Assembly (NCBI GenBank): GCA_965645245.1
Contig: OZ287084.1
Span: forward strand, 124,001-188,000
Length of the DNA stretch: 64,000 nucleotides
Source of the DNA: Massalongia carnosa
Lineage: Eukaryota
Reading direction: 5' to 3'
Position numbers and translations under genes: made by a program. Under the pieces are notes generated by a model. The model did no database searches, was not told the origin of the DNA, and saw nothing but the letters and a program-made list of their open reading frames with translations. Positions 1-9,932 of this stretch are shown piece by piece. Every line of letters starts with the position of its first letter. Within the stretch, counting starts at the first letter, position 1.

Positions 1-1183
1 CGTTGAAGTCCACTAAAAGTTTGTTCCACCAGATGAGATCCTGTCTGACCCATGTGGGAATTCTTCTTTTGACCCGACGATGACTGCCCGAGGGAAATGA
101 GGCTATAAAATTCCAGAATAATCGTAAGAAGACTCGGCCCAATTTGACTGCCTGTGCGCAGAAGCTTAGGAAGCCCGCTATTGACTGCATGTCGCCGAGG
201 CTGATTGTCGTCTCGTTTAGTGCCTTTGTAGTGATGATTCTCGCTTTTTCCAGCTTGTCCGCTGGCAGACAAATAAGACTGTTGATGGTGTCGACCTCGA
301 GTCCGAAGACTGTCGCTGTCGTTCCCTCGGCGTCTTTTGAGTCGTTTCTCGGGATGCCGAGAATGTCGGTGAGAATGTTGTAGGCTTTTGTTTCTTGGTG
401 CAATCGTTCTGACGATGTCTCGGATGGGAAAATTGCAACGAAGTCGTCTAGATAGTGATGTAATCTCCATTGTAGAAAGGATTCCAAAATCCAATGAAAG
501 CCTTCCGCAAAAAGATTGAAGATGAACGGGGCCGTCGACAGTCCGAACGAAAGGCATGTCTCGGTGTAGAATTCGTCATTCCATCCGAAACCCAGAAGCC
601 ATTGATGATGAGGTGCGACGGGAACGTTTCGAAAGGCGTCTTTGACGTCTCTTTTCACTATGACAGCACCTTTGCCCTCTGACAGAATCACTTGAATAAT
701 GTCGTCGAGTCTGGCGTATTGTAATTTGGATGCCTCTTCTGGAATGTTGTCGTTGACTGATGTTTGATTGGGATGAGACAGATGATGAATGCGTGGCCAT
801 CCTCCGTCATGTTTCGGGACCAAGCCGAGGGGGGAGGCCACAAATGGCTGACTCGGGGCGGCTATTCGTCTGACTCGGCCCTTCCTGAGGTCCTCTTGAA
901 GCTTATTCTCGATCGTTTCCGGGTCCTCATTCGCTGATGTCAGATTTTTTTCGATCCGAAGGATGTCTGTGGGGCCTTCGTATCCGATTTGTACTCCGAA
1001 ACGAAGGATCATGGGCAGATGGACTCGGAGGGGGCCCGGATACTCTTGAAGTAGGGTTGCCCATGCGGACGGTACGAGGGGAGATGGGCTGTCTTTCAAA
1101 CGCTGACGAGATGCGTCTACGAGTTGAAACGAAGGGATTGTATTTGGTCTGATTGGTGCAGGTAAGCAGGGATGGGACATCAT
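1..1183 (-). CDS. DIRS/Ngaro pol: reverse transcriptase, running toward RNase H (open to the window edge)
   Basis: Manual translation from the ATG at 1183 (MMSHPCLP...) is stop-free to base 2, with YLDD at 454-443. It is missing from the ORF track because it has no stop inside the window. Confidence 0.9.
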   Translation of the reverse strand, partial: MMSHPCLPAPIRPNTIPSFQLVDASRQRLKDSPSPLVPSAWATLLQEYPGPLRVHLPMILRFGVQIGYEGPTDILRIEKNLTSANEDPETIENKLQEDLRKGRVRRIAAPSQPFVASPLGLVPKHDGGWPRIHHLSHPNQTSVNDNIPEEASKLQYARLDDIIQVILSEGKGAVIVKRDVKDAFRNVPVAPHHQWLLGFGWNDEFYTETCLSFGLSTAPFIFNLFAEGFHWILESFLQWRLHHYLDDFVAIFPSETSSERLHQETKAYNILTDILGIPRNDSKDAEGTTATVFGLEVDTINSLICLPADKLEKARIITTKALNETTISLGDMQSIAGFLSFCAQAVKLGRVFLRLFWNFIASFPSGSHRRVKRRIPTWVRQDLIWWNKLLVDFN

Positions 1184-1228
1184 GAATTCAGCTATTGAAG
1201 CTATTCTACTGCCTCCTGCACCAACCCC

Positions 1229-2242
1229 CTATTTCTTCGTTGGGCATGTCTTCTGGCCATGCCCAGCCGCGCCGCACGATTTGCATTTGTGCTGTCGGTA
1301 GCACGACGGCCAGGTGCAGGTGCCGCTGTTGTACTTGTCGCAGATTTCCCCCGCTGCCTTCTCGGCCCTCTCGGCCCTGTCTCCTCTCGGGGTCGGTCGT
1401 CGGGACGGCGGGGATCGTGAGCGGCGACGGCGTAGGACTGTGAGGGGGGTGCAGAATCGAGCTTGGAATTCGTCGGGCATTTTCCATTGGGATGCGTCGG
1501 ATGGCTGAGACGCGATGATGTGGGTGTGGGTTTCGATGGTGAGGGGGAGGACTGCTTCCTGCCACTCGTACACCTTGGCCAGCGTGAGGATTTTTCCGTG
1601 GAATGCCGACATGGTGGCGTGAAGCTGTTGACTCGATTTCCCGAAAAGACTGACCATGATCGAGGTGTAGTTGATGAAGCTCTCGGTCCAGACGTCATGA
1701 ACTGTCTTTCCGAAATCTTTGTAGGTCCCGGATGCCTTTCTCAACCTCAAGGCGCCGTCTTCGATGCCGATGCGGTCTTGATCCTTGTATGACTCGTATT
1801 GCATGCCGTGCATGTGTCGGAGGCGGGAGAGGTTGATGGCTTTGAATTTATTTGATAAGATCTTGATGATCTCGTCCTGTGGTAGGCCCGCGAAATGGGG
1901 TGCTATGCTTCTTACTTCGAGAGGGATCTCACCTAGGTCCTCGTCGTCATCGCCGACGACACGACTTGGCTTGCCAGCAGGAATGACGGCCGCTATTCGG
2001 GCGTCAGATTCTCGGCGCATGCAGTCGATTTCTAGCTGCATTTTTTCCACCTCCTTCTCGGCGACCAATGCCTTGGACTCGGCAATTCTAGCCTCAGCCT
2101 CGGCCGCCTTCGCTTCCGCCTCGGCTTTCTTCTTTTGTAGGGCGAAGATTTGATTGGATTGGGCCTGCGTCAATCCGACAATCTCCTGGGGGTCGGGGAC
2201 TATGTCGTCCATCAAGGTGCTTTGGGAACGGGTGTTCGTCAT
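1229..2242 (-). CDS. Ngaro gag-like protein (coiled coil, C-terminal CCCH finger and zinc knuckle)
   Basis: C-terminus CDKYNSGTCTWPSCYRQHKCKSCGAAGHGQKTC. It lies immediately upstream of pol. Confidence 0.8.
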   Translation of the reverse strand: MTNTRSQSTLMDDIVPDPQEIVGLTQAQSNQIFALQKKKAEAEAKAAEAEARIAESKALVAEKEVEKMQLEIDCMRRESDARIAAVIPAGKPSRVVGDDDEDLGEIPLEVRSIAPHFAGLPQDEIIKILSNKFKAINLSRLRHMHGMQYESYKDQDRIGIEDGALRLRKASGTYKDFGKTVHDVWTESFINYTSIMVSLFGKSSQQLHATMSAFHGKILTLAKVYEWQEAVLPLTIETHTHIIASQPSDASQWKMPDEFQARFCTPLTVLRRRRSRSPPSRRPTPRGDRAERAEKAAGEICDKYNSGTCTWPSCYRQHKCKSCGAAGHGQKTCPTKK

Positions 2243-2245
2243 TGG

Positions 2246-2368
2246 GAGGTAGGGGCACCGAGACAACGTGAGGTCGACGACGAGTCAGTGAGATTGGAAA
2301 AGCAGCAAGCACTGACAGCGAGGTAGGGGCACCGAGACAACGTGGGGTCGACGACGAGTCAGTGAGAT
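2246..2368. repeat. 49-bp direct repeat, two copies, in the Ngaro 5' region
   Basis: GAGGTAGGGGCACCGAGACAACGTG(A/G)GGTCGACGACGAGTCAGTGAGAT at 2246-2294 and 2320-2368, one mismatch. Confidence 0.95.
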
Positions 2369-2467
2369 GGATGAGGCCGAGTGAGAAGAACTGAATGAGG
2401 AAAGAATTTTCAGAGGGTGATTCTTAATTTACTTTGACTCAGGGGCCTCACGTGACATAGAACCATC

Positions 2468-5400
2468 TCATCTATCCGTGTTTGTCAGTTGAAAGATGCT
2501 TAAATTTAGGACCTCGTCTTTATAGGAAGCGGTCTCTAGCAGTCGAATCCAAAGGAACACTCGCTGAATATCCTCAAATGGTAGACAGTGAGTATAAATT
2601 TGTCGAAGCTGAGCATATGTGCCAGAGCGGATTCGAAGAAAGTCGCCAATATGCAATGAGAAACGTTTGCCGGTTGACCTGACAGTAAAGGAACATTGTT
2701 CATACCAGTACAAAGGCTTGTTTCCCCATTGGACGCAGTTAAGGCCATACTCGATCATAGAAGTCTGCATCAGTTGCCTAAATTGGAGCTCTGTAGAGTT
2801 GGTTATTCTGATAGGAAGACCTTGATTTGTGCATAGGAAGATTTGAGCTTTCCCCGCACTGCAGGTTTTAGATATGAGGGAGATTCTAATAGACAAGTAT
2901 TTGTCGACTCCTGATCGTCTGTTTGTGAGCGATCCCCGTGGAATAATAGACTCTCAAGAAGAGCCGGGCAGTTCCGCTTCAAACGAATCATTTGCAGAGT
3001 GATCTCCAGATCGGTATGACGAAACGAGCCATTCAAAAGGGCGACAACAGTGAAGAGGATAGCGGCTTTCACTAAAAGCTGTCGCTCTGGCTTTCGATGA
3101 TTTGTTGACAATACAGCTTGCTTAAAAAAGCGATGTTTGTCTTCTCCAAAGAGTACATTAACGTTCCACAGAACACCATACTCCTGCATGACTCTTTCGA
3201 AATGCATACCGATATGAAAGTTTGGCAGCTTATTGGCTTCGCCATTCCGAGCAGTCATTGATGCAGAAAGTCCCATGTTGGTATCTGATGCAAGATTATC
3301 AACGGACGCCTCTTCAAATGGAGTGTCCGTGTCACCATCAAGGAAGTTTATGGATGTTTCAGAAATCGATGCTCGTCTAGAACTGGAAGACAACTCTTCA
3401 GTGACAAAATCACTTTTCTCGTTGTCTTTCTTCTTTCCTTGTCCTTTTGGATTTTGTGCTGCATTCATCAGACCTAAAAAATATTGTCGAGCATTGATGA
3501 TTTGACTGTGAAATTCTTGACGATCTTTAAGGGATAACTCGAAAGACGAGATTAACGTGTTACTCCATGCGAGTTTCCCAAAGCAAAACACTATCAAATC
3601 TTCATCTGAAGCGCAATGGCGACATTCTTTAGGAACTGGATTTTTAATCCATTTCGAAAAGGCTGTCGTACATGATGGTTTCTTAACCAACAGCGAAGAA
3701 GTAGAGGTATTACGACTGAGGCACGAGCGCATTCGCTCATACTCCATGAGGCCATATGTATAGCCGGAGACTGTATTCAACCCCAGCCAGGTGGAAACGG
3801 AAAACAGTGCAAGGCAGCTGTAAACTCTTCAGCAGCCTGTTTCGTGAGTATTTTCGTGTAAAGAAGAGGGTACAATCTTCGTACCAGTCCGTAATACTCG
3901 CTATGAGCCGAATCCGGTGGACAACTCATGATAAGATCAAGCGCCGGGGTTAATGTCTGAAGCGCAGAAGATTTGGATTTGAGCCCATTTCGTGTAAGAT
4001 ATGCCAGTCTCTTTGTCTTTCCTTTTATTGCTAGGCTTTTTTTTCGTATAGCCAACACCTCATGATGATAACGACCATGAAGTAGAATATCCCGCTGCAA
4101 ATCTCCTCGATTATGAAGGCCCGCATCACAAAAGCGACAACAATAATTGGCACGTGGCCCAAGAAACCCTCCGGAGGCTTGCTGCTGCTTCATATCACCA
4201 AGATATGCTAGAATCGGGGCCCAAGCCGCTTGTTTCTGTCCATTGATTTCAAGAATGCAACCACGATCCATGTTTCCCAAACTGGTATGAAGACAGTTCA
4301 TCACATCGTTAAACTCGGATCCGTGCGGGCCAAGAGCAATGGTGTAAGCATTAAAACTCTTTTGACGTTCCGAGGCGGGCAAGCCTGCTAGCAGGGCATA
4401 AACACCTGTGATGGAACGATACATGTTTCGATATAACCCGAAATCGTCGATAAAAATGACTAGAGGATATGACTGAACTCCTTTAATTAGCTGTGAGATT
4501 AGGTACTCTCGACCAAAGACCTCCAATTCTAATTCCGCTCGAATCGGTGATGAAAGATTGATTGATCTAAGATCTCCTTGCGTGACGTTGAATATCTGAC
4601 GAATTAAGACAGGCGTTGTAGACCGTAACGGATCATCCCTACAAACTGCAACATCGAAACGGCGAGCTAGAACATGCTCGGATAAGACATCTTGATCCGC
4701 ATCTTCTATCAAAAGCAACTGATCTTCGGGCCAGTCAAACGTGACTGGAACTGAATATTCGTCGACGTTCTTTCTACTTATCAAAGGACGAACCCTGACA
4801 AGACTTTGACCTAGGGTCAGAGATCGCGATCTTTGATCACGTCCAAAAAATATGACCTGTCCGCAGTGACTATCATGAATAATTCCACATTTATCTTGCC
4901 ACAGCGATACTGCACAATGTCAGAGGGGAAAATAGGGGATGAATCGGGAAATCTCGCAAAATCAGTGGAACATGTGCGAATAGAAGAACCCCAACTGTTT
5001 AAGTGCCAATATTCCGAAGGACTATCAACGATCTCTGCCATACCGATATGAATGTTTCGTTGAGTCGTGGCTGAAAGTAAGATACTGATGACAGTTCGAG
5101 TATCAAAGTAATAGACGTTCGCTTGAGCCGGTCTTGGTGTTCCGGTGGGTTGTTTTTCTCGTTGTACTGATATTGCTGCCTTCTGAATGGATGGAAGGGG
5201 AAGGCGCTTACGGCACCAGGAGTGCAAAGTTGATAGTCGCTTTGGCAAATTTCGCACTTCATGAATGTCTAACAGTTGCAAAACTTCGAGCAGGCCATCA
5301 TAGGTGCGTCGCTTGATGCCTTCTTTATCACACCAGAGACCAAGAGCCAAGCAGAAATCCGATATTTCTCCTCGTACTGGGCGGGAGGGCACCCGGATAT

Positions 5401-6119
5401 CATCATCAATCGTGCTTGCAGAAGCAGAAGGGGCAAACTCGTTGAAAGACTCAGCGGTGTCTGTGCTTTCTATATCAAATTCCGCGAGTTGATTGGATGA
5501 TAATGTCATGATAGCATTTGAAGAAATTAAGCCAACAGCAAAGGCCGATGTATCAGCGAGTGAAGTAGGTCGAGTATTAACCTTTTGAAACTCTTCATCA
5601 ATTTCCCGCTCATAATCACTATTTTGATCGAATGCCGTCTCTATATCGGCTGGGAAATTGTCTTGAACGTGTTGTTCAGGAACTGATTAGACGATGATTG
5701 AATTTTATCGAGATTCTCTATGGTTCTCTTCTTATGCGTCATTGCTATTGGTTCTGAGCTCTGAGTCTGCTTTTGCTCCTCATGAATATGTGCAGAATTG
5801 TGTTGATATGAAGAACCGGCTTGCATAGACTCATGATCGGGGAATTCTATCGGTTGACTTTTGAAAGGCTGTGGGTTGGCCTGTGGGACACTGCTTTGAA
5901 CAGTGGATGCTGAAACAATCAATGCCTTTTCCACAAGAGGAGGACCCTGGAAACTTAATTCATCAAGGTCCGGTTTATTCAGACTGATATGAAGAAGGCT
6001 TACTGCTGAGATGATTGAAGTAGTGTCAATGGTTTAGGCTTTCTTCTCTTCCTCAAAACATGACCTTCATCGATCATCATATTCTCCGTCACATCATCCT
6101 GAAATACACGACGAGGCAT
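2468..6119 (-). pseudogene. CMC/EnSpm-like DDE transposase, frameshifted and 3'-interrupted
   Basis: Consecutive minus-strand ORFs carry IFIDDFGLYRN, LGDMKQQ..GGF....CCRFC, PDSAHSEYYG, LPNFHIGMH...YG and GEDKHRFFK. These resemble EnSpm motifs (GD..GF..CRFC, D.MH..G, PK.H..H, FE.KH..FK). Probable ATG at 6119 followed by a GTAAGC intron. Confidence 0.75.
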
Positions 6120-6292
6120 CGTGTCTTATGACTGAGTTCAATTCTGTGCGCAGGTGAGGTATTCTCATGAAGAACTGCTTGTGCGTTGATAGTTTAGTTC
6201 TTTAGGCTTTAGCACACTGTTTCAGAACATTACCATTCTTCAGGCTTTCTTCCGATTGCACTATCGTTCATGCTGATATCACAAATAAAATC

Positions 6293-7212
6293 ATGAATAT
6301 CTCATCCTCAAATGAAGAAGTCCTTGAACCTATGACACAATCCGAGATAGAATCAGGGCCAATAGCGGCAGAAATATCAACAAAAAAGAGGCGGAGAAGA
6401 CACGCCATTACGTCGGAATGGAAAATAATAGCGATGCGATTGGAGGCTGCTTTGCGGCCATTTGTGCTTCGTTATGGCAAGTTGGACGCAGATCAGATAG
6501 CGCATATCGCACGTACTGCAATCAAGGAAAATGTGGATGACGAAGATATATATTTCAGGAAAGGACTCACCAAAGCGCAGTCCAACGTTTCAACGTGGAA
6601 ACATCGCTCTCTGACCTGTATGGAAGTATGTAGCTTGCTATTAGCGTTTATACTCGACTTCTGAATTTTGTTAGGACTATGTGAAGTCTACGATGAGGAG
6701 AGACAACCTAGGGCTGCTGGAATCCGAGCATGATTCGAGCAGATTATTCAAAGCTTTTACACAGCAATACGATCCTCACGATGCTGAAACCTTTTTTCCA
6801 TGGGCTGCAAAAGATTTGATGTTTCATGAGTCTTCAAAAAAGGGCGTAATGCCTCGAGGACCCTATTGGATTAAAGGTACGTGACAAGGCATGGGAGAAC
6901 TGATGATATTTACATACTGATATGAAACAAGTGTTTTTTCTTAATTTAGCAGTGAAGACGAAGTTGTTCTTGGATGCCCCCAGAGCAGAAGGGACTGATC
7001 GAACCTCCCTGCTAGAGTTCTATGATACGTTTCCCCAAATGGCGAAATACCAAAACATCAAGCCACACTATTTCAAATTGAAACCAGCTCGGACAAAACG
7101 TCTGAGAAAGGAATCATCAGACAAACCAGAGACGGAGGAATTTGGTACCATCATGGATGAGATGGAGGTCACCGAGGCCGAGAACGAAGACGAGGATCAG
7201 TTTAGCTCGTGA
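6293..7212 (+). CDS. Hypothetical spliced protein, probable accessory gene of the CMC-like element
   Basis: Intron 6626-6674 (GTATGT...TTAG) joins the first two ORFs in frame. Basic NLS-like KKRRRR and an acidic tail. The second intron is uncertain. Confidence 0.6.
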
Positions 7213-9131
7213 ACGCTTTGCTTTTTTTGTACTAGTATGAAGAAAAGATGTTTTGCTTGAAGTTGTAGGTGCAATCCTATTTAGCTTCTCATAGCTTGAC
7301 CGAAGAAAATGTTTTGCTTGCACTTGGCTCTAACACAAACTGAAACTTGAAATCTTGTCAACCAAATATCACACTGTTTCAAAGCACTCCTGATTCAAAA
7401 GAATCTTAAGCTAATCTGATGAAATTCTTCAAACGAAGATCGTCCTGAGATGATGTTGTTAGAAACATGCATTCCACGTCATAAGATATCTTACATATAA
7501 CAAAGTCACGAGATTGTCTTGAAAACAAAATATCTGAACACTATTTGCTTTCTTGACTGACGTAATCACTTTGTAGATAGACTAAGACAAGAACGTTCTA
7601 GTGGATAATATCTTGAGACCATCTCAAGACCATGTCCGAATACCCCCAACCGCCCTTAAGGTAATGAAGGCGTAGGTGAAATTTTGATGCTTAGTAAGCA
7701 AATGGCTATTTTTTAACCAAGTAATTAGATGGCAGCAGGTGCTTATTTATATGGTAGCAGGCTATAAGTTCACCGTGAGACATCAGAGATATCACTGGGG
7801 ATTTTGGTGGGCTGGGTGCGGATATCACTGATGTCCCGAGCTGATTTTTTGTCAGCCGTGTCAGTTTACGTTCTGACACCAACGATACCCAGCAATATCG
7901 CATAACTTCTCGATCGGGAGAAAGGAGGCATGGCCCCCTGATATATATCAAGAGCATGTCGAGGATGGAACACGGGATAACCTCGATGCACCGCGTTCAG
8001 CGAAGGTCAAGTCAATGTGCTTAGTTCTAATTTAACTTCTTGCTGCTCTCTTCAGATCCTGTCAAATATATAAGGGTCAAAAGGCGTAATCAGGGAATTG
8101 GGTAGATGTTGATTGTATTTTGGAGGATGTGGAAAAGTGGGAATCTATCTAAGGGGGGAGGCCACGTGTCTAGTCGGGCCGGAATAACCCTTCGGATATA
8201 TCATCCTGAGTTACCACTGATGTTTAGGATTAGTTATCCTATAATTTGACAGATCCCCCATCGATCCAGCAATCAAACTTGAACATAGAACAAGCTCAGC
8301 CCACAAACCACATACCAATCTTGACCTCCCAAATGCACCTCGGCCACGGAGTCTAGAGATTCCTACGTCAATCACGGATTTAATTATTACCCGCACCAAG
8401 GTCCTCAGCTCCATCTTTTCTCAACTTAACGACTACCAATGTCTCACTTCAGATCGCCCGTGGGAATAATTTTGACATGTATAGTAGGAGTGAAAAAGCG
8501 GGCAGCCCTGAAATTACGGAATGGGCGTGAGGGATGGTATAACACTCTTCTGGTAGCGTGCCTTTTGTGAGAAGAGTGCGCCGTGGGGAATTTTGACAAT
8601 GGCAGCCCCAGGTCAAATCCACTGTCGGCATTCTCTCCATCTCCTCCAGTTATGCTCACCTTTTGGCACCCCCTAACTATGGCACCCCTTTCCAATTCTG
8701 GCACGCCGCTCAAATTTGGTACGGTGCATCGTGATTGTGCTTGTGACTGGGGCAGTGAGGTGGGTGCCTGTAGTGCTTCGCCACCTGTAATTCGTGCTCT
8801 CATAGGTAATGTCTCCCAAGAGAACTGTTCTTGGGACGTGTGAGGTGGTGCCTGTGCAGCTGGAATGAGTAGGGGCAAATAGCGTGAGACCTCCTGAGAG
8901 AATGGGCTCCGGAGGTCTATCCTGGGCATGGCTGACAGCGCTCGCGCTGCAAAGTCTTCCCACCTTGTGCTCATCTCAATGCACCTTGGTCCCCGATCGA
9001 GAGACTATCATCTTCCACACATGGATCAGCATTTGTTGATATAAGATGAACTACTCCCTCATTTATCATAAGAGACACAGCACAATCCAATCAACCGCAG
9101 CTATATCTTCATTATCTGTTGAGAAACAATC

Positions 9132-9394
9132 ATGTGCAGAGTTTGTGATATCTTCGACGAGACAACCGATAAGCTATCTGTGAGCCTGTGGCTTGTATCT
9201 ATTGTGGCTCGCTTACCAATATCTGATAGTCCTATGTTCAAGGAAGGAAGGATCGACTCCATGAGCATTACGAGGGTGATGATCATATGAGCGATGCAGA
9301 GGAGGCGAAATCCATCGAAGCCCTCATCAAACACTGTGATGAGGCTGGACTTTATGATCTGAAGAAGAGACTGGATCATCTACTACATGGCTGA
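9132..9394 (+). CDS. Small spliced hypothetical protein, about 70 aa (MCRVCDIF...LDHLLHG)
   Basis: Exon 9132-9179, intron 9180-9229 (GTGAGC...CTTAC...TAG), exon 9230-9394 in frame to TGA. Confidence 0.5.
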
Positions 9395-9600
9395 GAAGGG
9401 TTCGTTCTCTGCTTTTGTCGACATCAGTGGAAGTTTTGTTTAATTGATAACTTCCAGCCCTTCCAAGTGGACGAAATTGGTTGAAGTGGCCGGAACGGAA
9501 GTATAAAGAGTGGGCTTCGAGTTATTGTTAAACCATCGCTCGTTTCTCTGTTCCTTTCTCCAGACCGTGATGGCGCTGTAGGATTTCGTTCCAAAGTGAT

Positions 9601-9932
9601 TGTTTAAAATAGGAGGGATGGATGGAGAATGATGAACCCAATGCACAGAAAATAGGTGGCAGAGCGCCAGAAGTCTCTGGATAGTACAGAACTTCTATGA
9701 ATGAAATAATTCAGATTATTGCGACTGATCTCTAAGCTATGCGTAGGAGTGATGTTATATACATATTGATCACAGAACATTCGAGATTCTCCTCGAATGT
9801 CTATAGACCTGAATTTCTAAGCATCGAAGATACCAGAAATTCTCAGATGTAACTATTCCCATATCAGTAAAATACGCGAGGGCATTCGCATATTACGTCA
9901 GATATGATCTAGCTGGCTTGGCATTCGCAACA
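9601..9932 (-). repeat. Copia A 3' LTR
   Basis: Matches 14046-14377 with four differences counted by eye, all transitions. Confidence 0.97.

Larger units (their letters stand above)
1..2463 (-). mobile_element. DIRS/Ngaro-type tyrosine-recombinase retrotransposon, 5' half (continues beyond the window start)
   Basis: A gag-like ORF with CCCH+CCHC fingers is followed by a DIRS-type RT (SPLGLVPK, KRDVKDAFR, LSFGLSTAPFIF, HYLDDF, DLIWW). No protease or integrase lies between them. The right boundary is approximate and is placed where the neighbouring transposase ORF is cut. Confidence 0.85.
2464..7647 (-). mobile_element. CMC (CACTA/EnSpm)-like DNA transposon with two divergent genes; boundaries tentative
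   Basis: A transposase and a divergent gene are followed by an AT-rich subterminal region with the inverted repeat TCTTGAGA-cca-TCTCAAGA just before CCCCC at 7643-7647. The other end is not in the window. Confidence 0.5.

Noticed and set aside
8444..8974. 176-aa ORF as a gene
   Set aside because: No recognisable motif and no supporting gene structure, so it is left uncalled.
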